Shown piece by piece: positions 1-9,505 of a stretch of 64,000 nt of DNA (position 1 is the first letter of the stretch; each line of letters opens with the position of its first letter). The notes under the pieces are model-generated. The model ran no database searches, was not told the origin of the DNA, and was given only the letters and a program-made list of their open reading frames with translations. Made by a program: the position numbers and the translations under genes. Source of the stretch: Candidatus Poribacteria bacterium (lineage in GTDB: Bacteria; Poribacteria; WGA-4E; WGA-3G); NCBI GenBank assembly GCA_965197475.1, contig CBDANF010000003.1, positions 1,696,001 through 1,760,000 on the forward strand, given 5' to 3'.

Positions 1-832
1 ACTGTGTTCCATCCGGCGCATCGTTACCCCACGGATATTTATTTCCACTCAAGCCCCCTCGTGCTGCCATTTCCCATTCTGCTTCTGTAGGTAAACGCTT
101 GCGTGCCCATCGCGCATAAGCCATTGCATCGTGCCAACTTACACCTACAACCGGATGCTCATTCGTCGGAGATTCCGTAGAAACCCAAGGAGGTAACGCA
201 CGATGTCCCGTTTCTTGAACAAATTGCTTATACTCGCCAATAGTCACCTCATGGATATCTATATAAAACGCATCAATGTAGACCGTATGCACCGGTTTTT
301 CATCGTCCTCGGCATCTATCTGCTCGCTTCCCATGAGAAATTCACCTTCAGGAATCAGCACCATACCTTCGGGGATCGTATCAGTCTCCGGTTCAACGGT
401 CGGAACAATCCGAGATGTTGTAACTTTTGAAGGATCTCCCAGCATATATCTGCTTAAATCGTCTTCGGAAGATATACCAGTACCCGATAACGGATACGCA
501 TCTATGCTTTTTTCCCAGTAAGGTAGAATTGATGCTACCCAAGATACAGAGGAATCTAAACGCACCGTAAATGTCAGTGATGTCGTTTTTCTCGGGAAAA
601 CTTCCCAACTGTGAAACGGCTCCTTTCCCGCAGAGACAAATTCAATTAATACTGCCAACCCCTCGGTAGGCGGTTTCGCTTTTAGTAGAAACTGCGCTTC
701 TCCAACCTCTTTGTAACCCACAAATTCTATGGTGACCTCCGGGATCACCACTACATCTTCGGTTTCACCACACCCGAACAGAAAGCAAATCAGTAGCATT
801 AATAACACGCGCTGCCATATCAATAACTTCAA
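1..832 (-). CDS. Formylglycine-generating-enzyme (FGE/SUMF1) domain lipoprotein, 3' end outside window
   Basis: Not in the ORF track. Manual translation gives TTG start after GGAGG, a lipobox-like LFGC, and in frame HPVVGVSWHDAMAYARWARKRLPTEAEWEMAARGG..KYPWG. Confidence 0.85.
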   Translation of the reverse strand, partial: MKLLIWQRVLLMLLICFLFGCGETEDVVVIPEVTIEFVGYKEVGEAQFLLKAKPPTEGLAVLIEFVSAGKEPFHSWEVFPRKTTSLTFTVRLDSSVSWVASILPYWEKSIDAYPLSGTGISSEDDLSRYMLGDPSKVTTSRIVPTVEPETDTIPEGMVLIPEGEFLMGSEQIDAEDDEKPVHTVYIDAFYIDIHEVTIGEYKQFVQETGHRALPPWVSTESPTNEHPVVGVSWHDAMAYARWARKRLPTEAEWEMAARGGLSGNKYPWGNDAPDGTQ

Positions 833-930
833 TTTTTTCCCTCCATGCATGCAACTCACAAGATGTTTTGTCACATTTTCAATTTTTAAACATTCACAGG
901 ATCAAAATGGATGCAGCACTTAGGCTATTA

Positions 931-2991
931 TCACAGCATCCCCAAAAACGCATCAATCTCGGTTGTTGGAGTTTGACAGACATAATTTTCGCAGACATAA
1001 GCCGTTGTGCTGTTATCAATCTGCGGTTTGTTTGCAAGTAGCGGCAACGCCCCACCATCATTCGGTTCGCTCAAGGCAACAATTTTGTTGGGTAGATACA
1101 TGCCGTGTAACGCAGTCAACATCGCTTCCGTTTTCGTATCCCTTTTTCCCCCAACTATAGCGATCTCCTTCGGAGTCGATATCAGGAACGCTAACTCACA
1201 AAGCAATTGTCCAGAGCCTGAAGGCATCACTTCTAACTGATTAAAATAGAGTTTCAATGTCTCTACAGCTTTGTTGTGGAATTCCGGTTTGTCCAGATGT
1301 TTGGCAAGTCGGAATAGACTATGGATAGCCATGGATACCCCTGCGGGTGTGGCACCATCATACGCGGATTTGGATTGGACAATGAGCGATTCGTGCGCTT
1401 TGCCTGTAAAGAAGAATCCATCCCCTGCTTCATCCCCAAACTGGTCAATCATCAGATGTGCAAGGCGTTCTGCCTCAGTGAGCCACCTGGGTTCAAAACT
1501 CGCTTCGTAAAGCGCGATTAAGCCCGCAATGAAATAGGAATAATCTTCAAGATAGGCGTTAAGGTGGCTTTTGCCCTCGCGGTAGGTGCGAAACAAAAGT
1601 CCGTTATCTTGGGAGAGTGTCGTCAACACAAACTCAGCGGATTTTTCACAGGCGGTAAGGTATTCAGGTTTTCTGGTCAATTGGTATCCCATCGCCATGC
1701 CACGGATCATAATGCCATTCCAACTGGTTAGAATTTTATCATCAAGTCCAGGTTTAATCCGTTTTTCTCTTTCCTCAAATAACTTTTGCCTACCGTCTGC
1801 AAGGAGTGCCTCTAATTCATCTTGATCCATTCTCAATTTTCGAGCGAAGATGTCCGGGGGTGTTTGGACGTGAAGTATATTTTCACCTTCAAAATTCCCC
1901 TGCGGTGTGATGTCATAATACTCGCAAAAAATTTCAGCGTTCTTTTCCCCGATAATATCTTCCACATCGGGCAGTTCCCATACAAAAAATTTGCCTTCAA
2001 CCCCTTCGCTATCTGCATCTTGTGTAGAGTAGAAGCCACCTTTTTCAGCGTCGTACATCTCACGCAGCACATAATCTAAAGTTTCTGTGGCTATGTCACG
2101 GTAAAAAGAGTTTTGCGTGGCTTGGTATGCTTCAAAATAAGCGACAACAAGTTGGGCATTGTCATAAAGCATCTTCTCAAAGTGCGGCACAAGCCAGCGT
2201 GCGTCTGTAGAATATCTGTGGAAACCACCACCAAGCTGATCATACATACCACCGAGTGCCATTTTTTGCAAAGTGAGTTCTACCATCTCTAACGCATTCG
2301 GATTGCCGCTGTGGTGCCAATAACGCAAAAGAAAAGGGAGTCCCATACTTGGTGGGAATTTGGGGGCATTGCCAAATCCACCATATTGCGAATCGAATTG
2401 GGAACGGTAGTGTTGGAACGCTTTTGTTATAAGTTCTTCAGTGAGTTCATGTTCGTGCGGATCAACAAGATTACTCATCTGATTGAGTTGTGTTGTGAGT
2501 TGATCTGCTTGTTCCAGTACCTGTGCGTTCTTTTCGTTAAATGCTTCTGCAACGGCGTGCATCACTTTTGGGAACCCTGGTCTGCCATATCGATCTTCGG
2601 GCGGATAATAGGTGCCACCGTAGAAAGGTTTCAAATTGGGTGTGAGGAAAACAGTCATAGGCCAACCGCCGTGACGTGTCATAATTTGGACAGCGTTCAT
2701 GTAAATTTCATCTAAATCGGGGCGTTCTTCTCTATCTACCTTGATATTCACGAACAGTTCGTTCATGACTGCTGCAATATCTTCATTTTCAAAGGATTCG
2801 CGTTCCATGACGTGGCACCAATGACAAGCAGAGTAACCGATACTGAGAAGAATAGGTTTCTGTTCGCGTTTTGCGCGTTCCAACGCTTCTTCACCCCACG
2901 GATACCACTCAACAGGGTTGTGTGCGTGCTGAAGCAGATAAGGGCTTGTTTCATGAATAAGGCGATTGGTATGTTTGAGGGTATCGTGCAT
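931..2991 (-). CDS. Thioredoxin-domain protein YyaL/SSP411 family
   Basis: [44 protein letters not shown]. Start trimmed to the ATG after GGAG because the longer ORF overlaps the tRNA. Confidence 0.93.
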   Translation of the reverse strand: MHDTLKHTNRLIHETSPYLLQHAHNPVEWYPWGEEALERAKREQKPILLSIGYSACHWCHVMERESFENEDIAAVMNELFVNIKVDREERPDLDEIYMNAVQIMTRHGGWPMTVFLTPNLKPFYGGTYYPPEDRYGRPGFPKVMHAVAEAFNEKNAQVLEQADQLTTQLNQMSNLVDPHEHELTEELITKAFQHYRSQFDSQYGGFGNAPKFPPSMGLPFLLRYWHHSGNPNALEMVELTLQKMALGGMYDQLGGGFHRYSTDARWLVPHFEKMLYDNAQLVVAYFEAYQATQNSFYRDIATETLDYVLREMYDAEKGGFYSTQDADSEGVEGKFFVWELPDVEDIIGEKNAEIFCEYYDITPQGNFEGENILHVQTPPDIFARKLRMDQDELEALLADGRQKLFEEREKRIKPGLDDKILTSWNGIMIRGMAMGYQLTRKPEYLTACEKSAEFVLTTLSQDNGLLFRTYREGKSHLNAYLEDYSYFIAGLIALYEASFEPRWLTEAERLAHLMIDQFGDEAGDGFFFTGKAHESLIVQSKSAYDGATPAGVSMAIHSLFRLAKHLDKPEFHNKAVETLKLYFNQLEVMPSGSGQLLCELAFLISTPKEIAIVGGKRDTKTEAMLTALHGMYLPNKIVALSEPNDGGALPLLANKPQIDNSTTAYVCENYVCQTPTTEIDAFLGML

Positions 2992-3062
2992 GTGCATTCT
3001 CCAGTGTCTGGGAGTCCGAGTTAAGAAGGCAGGTAATCTACTCCCGCTTTTATAAATGAAAA

Positions 3063-3134
3063 TACCGCTACGGGGATTCGAACCCCGGTTTGATGGCTGA
3101 GAACCATCTGTCCTAACCCCTAGACGATAGCGGC
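3063..3134 (-). tRNA. tRNA-Glu (CTC)
   Basis: Cloverleaf GCCGCTATCGTCTAGGGGTTAGGACAGATGGTTCTCAGCCATC...GTTCGAATCC; anticodon CTC; CCA not encoded. Confidence 0.95.
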
Positions 3135-3179
3135 TTATATTTTTACGCAATAAGTAGTTTCGGAATTACGCTTATGTTT

Positions 3180-5453
3180 TTAATTAGTTAGCTGAATCTT
3201 AACGATTTCATTTATAAGGTTAAAATCAATCTCTTGCAAATCATTGATAGGTAATCTAATTTCCAACTTACTTAAACGTTTCGAATTAAACTTTCTGTAA
3301 TAGTTATATCGCCATTTTTCACCATTTATAGCAGCACAGATAAAAATTCCAAAATTTTCATATTCTTTATATTCATCTTTTATATCCAGAACAAACACAT
3401 CTGGATTTGCGGCATATTCATAATCATGATAAAAAGCGCAACATGATCCCCTATTAGACGATATTGTGATTGTTCCTGGTGGATAAATTACATTAACACT
3501 ATTTTTATCAACAAAACTTGAAATACCATTGTTAAATTCAGATGTACTAATTAGGGGTAAAGAACCCAATGGAAGTGTTTTTACACGTCCACTATTTCCC
3601 TTCTTAATGGATTTGAAAAATGTTGTTAAATTGAAAAGTCCACATTTTGGTAATCTTAATTCCTTTTCTTTTCCTTTCCGGTCTATAATAGATTTTCCAT
3701 CAATAAGATTGTTCTTTACAAATGAAACATCACAATGATAGTTTTCTGTATCATGTTGACTAATAAACATTTCAGGTGCGCATTCTAAACTTTCCATGTC
3801 TAACAAACTGCAATCAAGTTCTTTTCTGATAGGGTCAGGAACTGTTTGCGTAGCGATATAATTGCCAATTGCTTTAGCAATAGTATTCATATTGCCTTTT
3901 GCTTGTGATACGTTTTGAGTTTTAGTTCTTACTTCATCATCTTTTAGTGTCGCCCATACTACTTTATCAGTAGAGACATTGTGTGGACGATGACATTGTA
4001 AGATAATAGCATGAGTGCCTTTACTTACATTTGGATAAAATAAATCTTCTGGCAATGTTATCACAGCTTTTAATGTATGTTCTTTTAACATGTTTTTGCG
4101 CCAACTAAGTTCTTCACGCTTGTTATTGGTAGAAGTCATTACGGATGTAGGAAGAACAGCAAAAAGCCAACCGTCATCTTTGATGAACTTAAGTGCTACA
4201 TCTACAAATTCCCATTCAAAGGCATTTTCAAGTGCAAATGGCGGATTCATTAATACTTTATCCGCTTTAATATCTAATTTTGCATTCAAACTGTCTCCTT
4301 CAATAATATTACTACTTCCATCCCCACGAAATATCATGTTGACAATAGCTAATGTGGCAATTACGGGGTCATTGTCTATACCATAAAAGTTACCTGACTT
4401 GAAAGTATGTAAATTGTTCTTATCTCTTTTTACTTTATCTAAAGCCGCAACTAAAAATCCTCCTGTTCCACATGCGGGATCAAACACTATATCGTCATAT
4501 TTTACGTCAAGTAGTTTTGCTGCCCATTCTGTTATATGCCGAGGTGTAAAGACAATTCCAAGTTCATTAGCATCATTAGCATATTTTAGAAATTGTTCGT
4601 AGAATTCACCAAGCACATCTATTCCACTATCAATAGCTGATGCTATGTTTAAGTCGCGTAACAAATCTATTGTTTGACATAAAGCAGCTCTATATTTCAT
4701 ATGGTTATCTTGTGATGGTGGCAAGGTAATCTTTATTTGATCGAAGTATTCCTTTTTATTATGTTTTTGAAGGGTAACTTCTGCCCTTGTATTAATATCT
4801 CTAATTAGACGCGTAGCATTATTACTTAGAGATAGTTTCTCATCTTCTGCTAAAGCAAGCAAAATACAAGCCATTACACTGGCTCGATCTCTCTTGTTAA
4901 TTGCACCCTGATGCAAAATCTTGTTAATATTTTTGGTTTTTGATCTAAATCTCTCATAATCTCCCATGTCGTATTCATCTAACCTACCTGTTCCATTCAT
5001 GATTAGAGAATCCATTTGTTTTGGAGATATAAACCCTGTTGCCCTTCTACCGTTAATAGTTAGTATGTTCCACGATTCACCTACTAAGCATTTTGTTTCT
5101 ATGTGATATGTTGCATCAGGACTGCCTGCAATACCTGTAATTATTTTGCAATTTAGTTCTGATTTATTATTAATATCGTTAGCATATCCTATAGCTTCTT
5201 TTACTGCAAGGTCAAGATCATTAATTGAACTTTTTGCTTCAATAGTCCAATATTCACGCTCATTTAATTTCACGATATATTCTGGGCGTTTCAACCCTAA
5301 AGCTAATTTGAGTTGCGGATCGTTTGCAAGTTCATTTTGCGCAAATACTTGTCCACCATTCTTTAGCGATTGTGTTCTCCAACCAAGTTCTTTAAGCTTA
5401 TCAAGAATAAACCCATATAATCTGAATTCGCTATCTTTTATCTTTTTGTTCAT
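3180..5453 (-). CDS. Fused restriction-modification enzyme (nuclease + N6-adenine MTase + specificity domain; type IIG/IIB-like)
   Basis: N-terminal PE..IEAK (PD-(D/E)xK-like), FTPRHI, motif I DPACGTGGF, motif IV NPPF, C-terminal HsdS-like TRD (PLISTSEFNNGI). Confidence 0.85.
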   Translation of the reverse strand: MNKKIKDSEFRLYGFILDKLKELGWRTQSLKNGGQVFAQNELANDPQLKLALGLKRPEYIVKLNEREYWTIEAKSSINDLDLAVKEAIGYANDINNKSELNCKIITGIAGSPDATYHIETKCLVGESWNILTINGRRATGFISPKQMDSLIMNGTGRLDEYDMGDYERFRSKTKNINKILHQGAINKRDRASVMACILLALAEDEKLSLSNNATRLIRDINTRAEVTLQKHNKKEYFDQIKITLPPSQDNHMKYRAALCQTIDLLRDLNIASAIDSGIDVLGEFYEQFLKYANDANELGIVFTPRHITEWAAKLLDVKYDDIVFDPACGTGGFLVAALDKVKRDKNNLHTFKSGNFYGIDNDPVIATLAIVNMIFRGDGSSNIIEGDSLNAKLDIKADKVLMNPPFALENAFEWEFVDVALKFIKDDGWLFAVLPTSVMTSTNNKREELSWRKNMLKEHTLKAVITLPEDLFYPNVSKGTHAIILQCHRPHNVSTDKVVWATLKDDEVRTKTQNVSQAKGNMNTIAKAIGNYIATQTVPDPIRKELDCSLLDMESLECAPEMFISQHDTENYHCDVSFVKNNLIDGKSIIDRKGKEKELRLPKCGLFNLTTFFKSIKKGNSGRVKTLPLGSLPLISTSEFNNGISSFVDKNSVNVIYPPGTITISSNRGSCCAFYHDYEYAANPDVFVLDIKDEYKEYENFGIFICAAINGEKWRYNYYRKFNSKRLSKLEIRLPINDLQEIDFNLINEIVKIQLTN

Positions 5454-5557
5454 GATATACTCCTTCAGTATAATTTGATAAACATAATATCACACATGAT
5501 AAAATGTTTCAAATCATTTTCCCTTTCATTTAATTGTAACTGATATGAGTCAGTTGA

Positions 5558-5589
5558 TAGGGACCACGCCAAGAGGCGTGGTCCCTATT
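5558..5589. repeat. Palindrome/hairpin inside the island
   Basis: ATAGGGACCACGCC-AAGA-GGCGTGGTCCCTAT, a perfect 14-bp stem. Confidence 0.7.
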
Positions 5590-5666
5590 CCCTATCTAAC
5601 AATGTTGAAATTAAGTATACTAGAAAAAATATAATGTCAAGAACTTTTTATAAATCTAAAACTATT

Positions 5667-6189
5667 CGGAATTAGTAGTTTTGGGATTTGGAAACTCACT
5701 CTAAACCCTTGCAAAGAGTGAGTTTTGCTTGTTTTAATTCGTCAAAAATGGTATAATATTGGTAAGTTAATAAGGTTATTTTTTTAAGGAATAGGACTTA
5801 CCAATGAAAAACTTTTGGTCGAAATGGTTTGTAAGTGCCTCCAGTGGGATATTAGGCAGAATGCTGCTTGTTGTTTTATGTTTAGGAGCGGGTTTTGTTG
5901 GTGGTCAATATATTTCAATCCCAATAGATAAAGAAATAATCACAGGTGCAGGACTCTTCATCGGTATTATTGCACTTTTTATTACAGCTTTTTTCCCTAT
6001 CTGGCTTCCTATGATATTGGAATGGTCTATTATGAAGAAAGATTTTAAAATCAAATCACAGGAATTAGAAAATGAGAACCTAAAATTGAAGTTAAAATTG
6101 CAACAGCAAGAACAACAATCTTTGCCAGATCAAGATGAGTAATATATTCAATAACCTACTGAAATCCAAGTCCCAAACTACTTATTCCA
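5667..6189. mobile_element. Nested mini-cassette bounded by IRs of the same family
   Basis: CGGAATTAGTAGTTTTGGGATTTGGA at 5667 and inverted TGGAATAAGTAGTTTGGGACTTGGA ending at 6189. Flanks AAACTATT / TAACTAAA match only partly. Confidence 0.55.
5804..6142 (+). CDS. Small 2-TM protein with C-terminal coiled coil, unknown function
   Basis: Two hydrophobic segments then ELENENLKLKLKLQQQ; AGGA RBS upstream. Confidence 0.7.
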   Translation: MKNFWSKWFVSASSGILGRMLLVVLCLGAGFVGGQYISIPIDKEIITGAGLFIGIIALFITAFFPIWLPMILEWSIMKKDFKIKSQELENENLKLKLKLQQQEQQSLPDQDE

Positions 6190-6300
6190 TAACTAAATAT
6201 GTGACATAAAACATAAACCCCACATCAAAACAAAAGGAAATCATAAGATAGCAACATCTCACCCGCTCCCTCACATACAAACACACAAAGAAATAATAAA

Positions 6301-7284
6301 ATGAATTCACCTAAAATTTTTCTTTCACATGTAAAAGAAAATGAACCAATTATCAAATCTATTGATCAAAATCTCACAAGATACGGTATTAATGTAATTA
6401 CTGACTACAAAAATATAGAAGGTGGTTCAAATTGGGAAAAAACATTAGAAAAACTTATAGAAGGTAGTGACTATTTTATCCTATGCTTTTCCAAAGAATT
6501 TGAACAACGTAAAAAAAGTGTCGCACATAGAGAATTGGATTATGCTATAAAATGTGCAAAAGATATTCCCTTTTGGAAAAAATGGATAATTCCAATCAAA
6601 ATTAATGAATGCACAATCCCTGATAGAGAAATCAGATCAGGTGAAAAACTTACTCACCTACAATGGATCAGCTTATTTCCTCGTAGCAAATTCAAAAACG
6701 GCATTAAATCTATTGTAAACATAATAAAGAGCGAACAATTGGAAAATACAACAAACGATAAAACAAGAAAGCACAATAGAAATAACAGTTATGTTAAAGA
6801 ACGAAAAAGATTAAATAGAATAATTTCTTTCGAAATAGATATGTCTCCTATTGATTTTATTAAATCACTCCCCCAAATAAAATCGGATTTATTACAGGAA
6901 ATTGGAACAATAAAAGATTCCAAAACCCCTATAGGTGGAACAACTATTGACATCTGCGAAATAAATGAATTGTATATTGATGCACTTCAAAAGATCCTAA
7001 CAAAACTTGCATCTTTCTATTCATCAGATTATTTTATAGACCAATCTCCACAAAATTTCTTTTCAGAGATAATATTTGCACGTAACCCTTTTTACAACAT
7101 AATAACTGAACCAGATGGCATAGGAACAGGGGGGACCATAAGGGGTATTCATTATACCCGCTTAGTAATCGAAGATATTGAAAATCTTATCAAAATAATG
7201 GTTGATGGATTACTATACCCTAAAGGTGATTATCCTGGTCTTGATTACGACAATTGGCTAAAACACTGGCGAGATTCAAGTTAA
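6301..7284 (+). CDS. TIR-domain protein
   Basis: KIFLSH..., W...I...SDYFILCFS, RELDYA (conserved Glu), IIPIKINECTIP; unknown C-terminal domain. Confidence 0.85.
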   Translation: MNSPKIFLSHVKENEPIIKSIDQNLTRYGINVITDYKNIEGGSNWEKTLEKLIEGSDYFILCFSKEFEQRKKSVAHRELDYAIKCAKDIPFWKKWIIPIKINECTIPDREIRSGEKLTHLQWISLFPRSKFKNGIKSIVNIIKSEQLENTTNDKTRKHNRNNSYVKERKRLNRIISFEIDMSPIDFIKSLPQIKSDLLQEIGTIKDSKTPIGGTTIDICEINELYIDALQKILTKLASFYSSDYFIDQSPQNFFSEIIFARNPFYNIITEPDGIGTGGTIRGIHYTRLVIEDIENLIKIMVDGLLYPKGDYPGLDYDNWLKHWRDSS

Positions 7285-7399
7285 ATTATAATCATACATG
7301 ACAGCACTTCACATATAAACACACAGATATTCACAAAATAATAGGTAAGCCCAAAACTACTTATTGCGTATTTTTATAGGTGTTGCTCTACTGCCGATA

Positions 7400-7834
7400 T
7401 TACGATTCGCTTTCAGTTGTTAGTCTTCCTGCGTGTTCAATCATCTCACTTAACACATCAAGATTAACATCTGATAGGTTGCGAAAACTGACGCTGCTTT
7501 TACCAGTCTTGACTTTGCCGAGTCGGGAGTCATAGATTTCAGCCAAGTAACGTTTTCCTTCGACTGCATTTACATACACGCTGAAGTAATTTTTCTGTCG
7601 AGCTAATCCAACAAGAAACCATTCGACCTGCTTCTTATCAGAACGTTGATATGAAAAATTTCCGTAGCCAATGATCTGCTGTTCGCTGCCGCCCCAAAAA
7701 ACACCTTCCCACATACAGTAGTCCTGATCTGGTAATGCTGTCTTGATTAGCGTGTGAAGTTCCTCTAAAACCTTTCTAATATCTGGTTCTTGGTTTGCAA
7801 TATACTCATCAGGTGAGGTTTCTACCCGTTCCAT
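7400..7834 (-). CDS. DUF1801 (YdhG-like) protein
   Basis: IIGYG..Y, VGLARQKNYFSVY, LGKVKTGKSSVSF. Confidence 0.8.
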   Translation of the reverse strand: MERVETSPDEYIANQEPDIRKVLEELHTLIKTALPDQDYCMWEGVFWGGSEQQIIGYGNFSYQRSDKKQVEWFLVGLARQKNYFSVYVNAVEGKRYLAEIYDSRLGKVKTGKSSVSFRNLSDVNLDVLSEMIEHAGRLTTESES

Positions 7835-7893
7835 CTTGTCTCCTCTCAGGTTTACAACACAACTGTGTTCAAGTTGTTACTTTGTAAAGAAAG

Positions 7894-7967
7894 TGGCTGC
7901 CCGGGAAGGACTCGAACCTTCACTACATGGTCCAGAGCCATGCGTCCTACCATTAGACGACCGGGCA
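7894..7967 (-). tRNA. tRNA-Gln (CTG)
   Basis: TGCCCGGTCGTCTAATGGTAGGACGCATGGCTCTGGACCATG...GTTCGAGTCC...GCCA; anticodon CTG; CCA encoded. Confidence 0.95.
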
Positions 7968-8020
7968 TTGACCTTCGTGTTAAGTATATCTTAATAGGTA
8001 CTGCTTGTCAATGTTTTCTG

Positions 8021-9496
8021 CTATTGTAGTGTGATCTTTTCCGAAAGGGTATAGAAAATATCCAAGAGTCCGATGAGGATAGTTGGAACAACAAAGACAC
8101 TCAATAGGGCAAAGGTGCCTTTAGAAAAGGAGAAATCATCCGTATCCTCGGCAGTTTCAAGATACATCGCCTTGACAATACGAGCATAGTAGTAGAGGGA
8201 GACGACACTGTTTAGCAAACCGATAAATGCCAGCCAATACATCCCTTTACTGATGACAGCATTGAACAGAAGCCATTTTCCAAAGAAACCGGCAAAAGGT
8301 GGGATACCTGTCAGTGAAAAAAGGAAAATCGCCATCGAACCAGCAACCAAAGGTGCGCGGGAGGAAAGCCCCCGATAACCGTCAATCATTTCACTACCTG
8401 ATTCGTTCGCAATTAAGACGACAACGTAAAATGCTCCCAAGTTCATAAAAAGGTAAACGATGAGATAAAAGAGAATGGCACCAAGTCCCTCAGGAGTGAG
8501 TAGAACAGCACCCATCAATAGGTAGCCTCCATGGGCAATACTTGAATATGCCAATAACCGTTTGACATTGCGCTGTGGCAGTGCAGCCAAATTACCTACT
8601 GTCATTGTGAGTGCGGAGATTATCGCTAACATTAATCCCCAATCAATAGATTGCATAATTTCCGGTTTGCTAAATCCTGAGTGGAAAAATCTGATGAACA
8701 GCGCAAATCCTGCGGCTTTTGAGGCAACAGATAGGAAAGCCGTTATCGGAATAGGCGCGCCTTCGTAAACATCAGGTGACCACATGTGGAAGGGAACAGA
8801 AGCGATTTTATAACCTATACCCGCCAGGATGAAGGTTATCGCAATTAGCAGGCCGAGTGCGGTTACTTTACCCGAAGCAAGTACTATGGGAAGTTGATTA
8901 CTGATTTCAGACAAGTTTCCCGTTCCTGTCATGCCGAACAGTAGGGACAATCCAAATAGCATTGTTCCAGATGCCACGGCACCATAAGTAATATATTTGA
9001 ATGCAGCTTCACTTGAACGCGGACTATGCGTCAAGAACCCGGCGAGGATATAGGAGGTAAGGCTGACCGTTTCCAACGAAACGAATATCATCAACAGATT
9101 TGTTGACGATGCCATAAGAAACATGCCGAAGGTAACGGCTAACAATAATGCATGGTATTCGCCTTTCAATCTTACATCAAGTTCCTCTGAACGGAGGGAG
9201 AAAAGAATCGTTGCAGCGGTTGCCAGAAGCAGGAGGACCTTGAAGAATATAGCAAATCCATCAAGTTGAATCATTCCAAGAAAGAGGGATTTCGATTCGT
9301 TAGTGCCGAGGGACAAGTGTGTAAATATAACTGCGATTAAGGTAACCCCGAGTCCCACAAGGGAGAGATATGCGACCTTTTCACTTTCCCGATTTTTAAC
9401 AACGAGATCAAGGATTATGACTGCAGCAGCGAAAACGACGAGGAGAATTTCTGGGCTAAAATGCAGAAGACTTTCAATGTTTTTTAAGGGTTCCAA
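8021..9496 (-). CDS. nuoN: NADH-quinone oxidoreductase subunit N
   Basis: EAAFKY, PFHMWSPDVYEGAP, KRLLAYSSIAHGGY; operon position. Confidence 0.95.
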   Translation of the reverse strand: MEPLKNIESLLHFSPEILLVVFAAAVIILDLVVKNRESEKVAYLSLVGLGVTLIAVIFTHLSLGTNESKSLFLGMIQLDGFAIFFKVLLLLATAATILFSLRSEELDVRLKGEYHALLLAVTFGMFLMASSTNLLMIFVSLETVSLTSYILAGFLTHSPRSSEAAFKYITYGAVASGTMLFGLSLLFGMTGTGNLSEISNQLPIVLASGKVTALGLLIAITFILAGIGYKIASVPFHMWSPDVYEGAPIPITAFLSVASKAAGFALFIRFFHSGFSKPEIMQSIDWGLMLAIISALTMTVGNLAALPQRNVKRLLAYSSIAHGGYLLMGAVLLTPEGLGAILFYLIVYLFMNLGAFYVVVLIANESGSEMIDGYRGLSSRAPLVAGSMAIFLFSLTGIPPFAGFFGKWLLFNAVISKGMYWLAFIGLLNSVVSLYYYARIVKAMYLETAEDTDDFSFSKGTFALLSVFVVPTILIGLLDIFYTLSEKITLQ

Positions 9497-9505
9497 ACCT
9501 TCCTC

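Larger units (their letters stand above)
3146..7368. mobile_element. Non-autonomous cargo element (MIC-like, IS1595-family-type ends) carrying defence genes
   Basis: IRL CGCAATAAGTAGTTTCGGAATTAC (3146-3169). IRR reverse complement CGCAATAAGTAGTTTTGGGCTTAC (7345-7368). TATTTTTA on both sides (3138-3145, 7369-7376). AT-rich interior, no transposase. Confidence 0.8.

Noticed and set aside
2992-3150. N-terminal extension of the 739-aa ORF
   Set aside because: It overlaps tRNA-Glu; family homology and the RBS point to the ATG at 2991.
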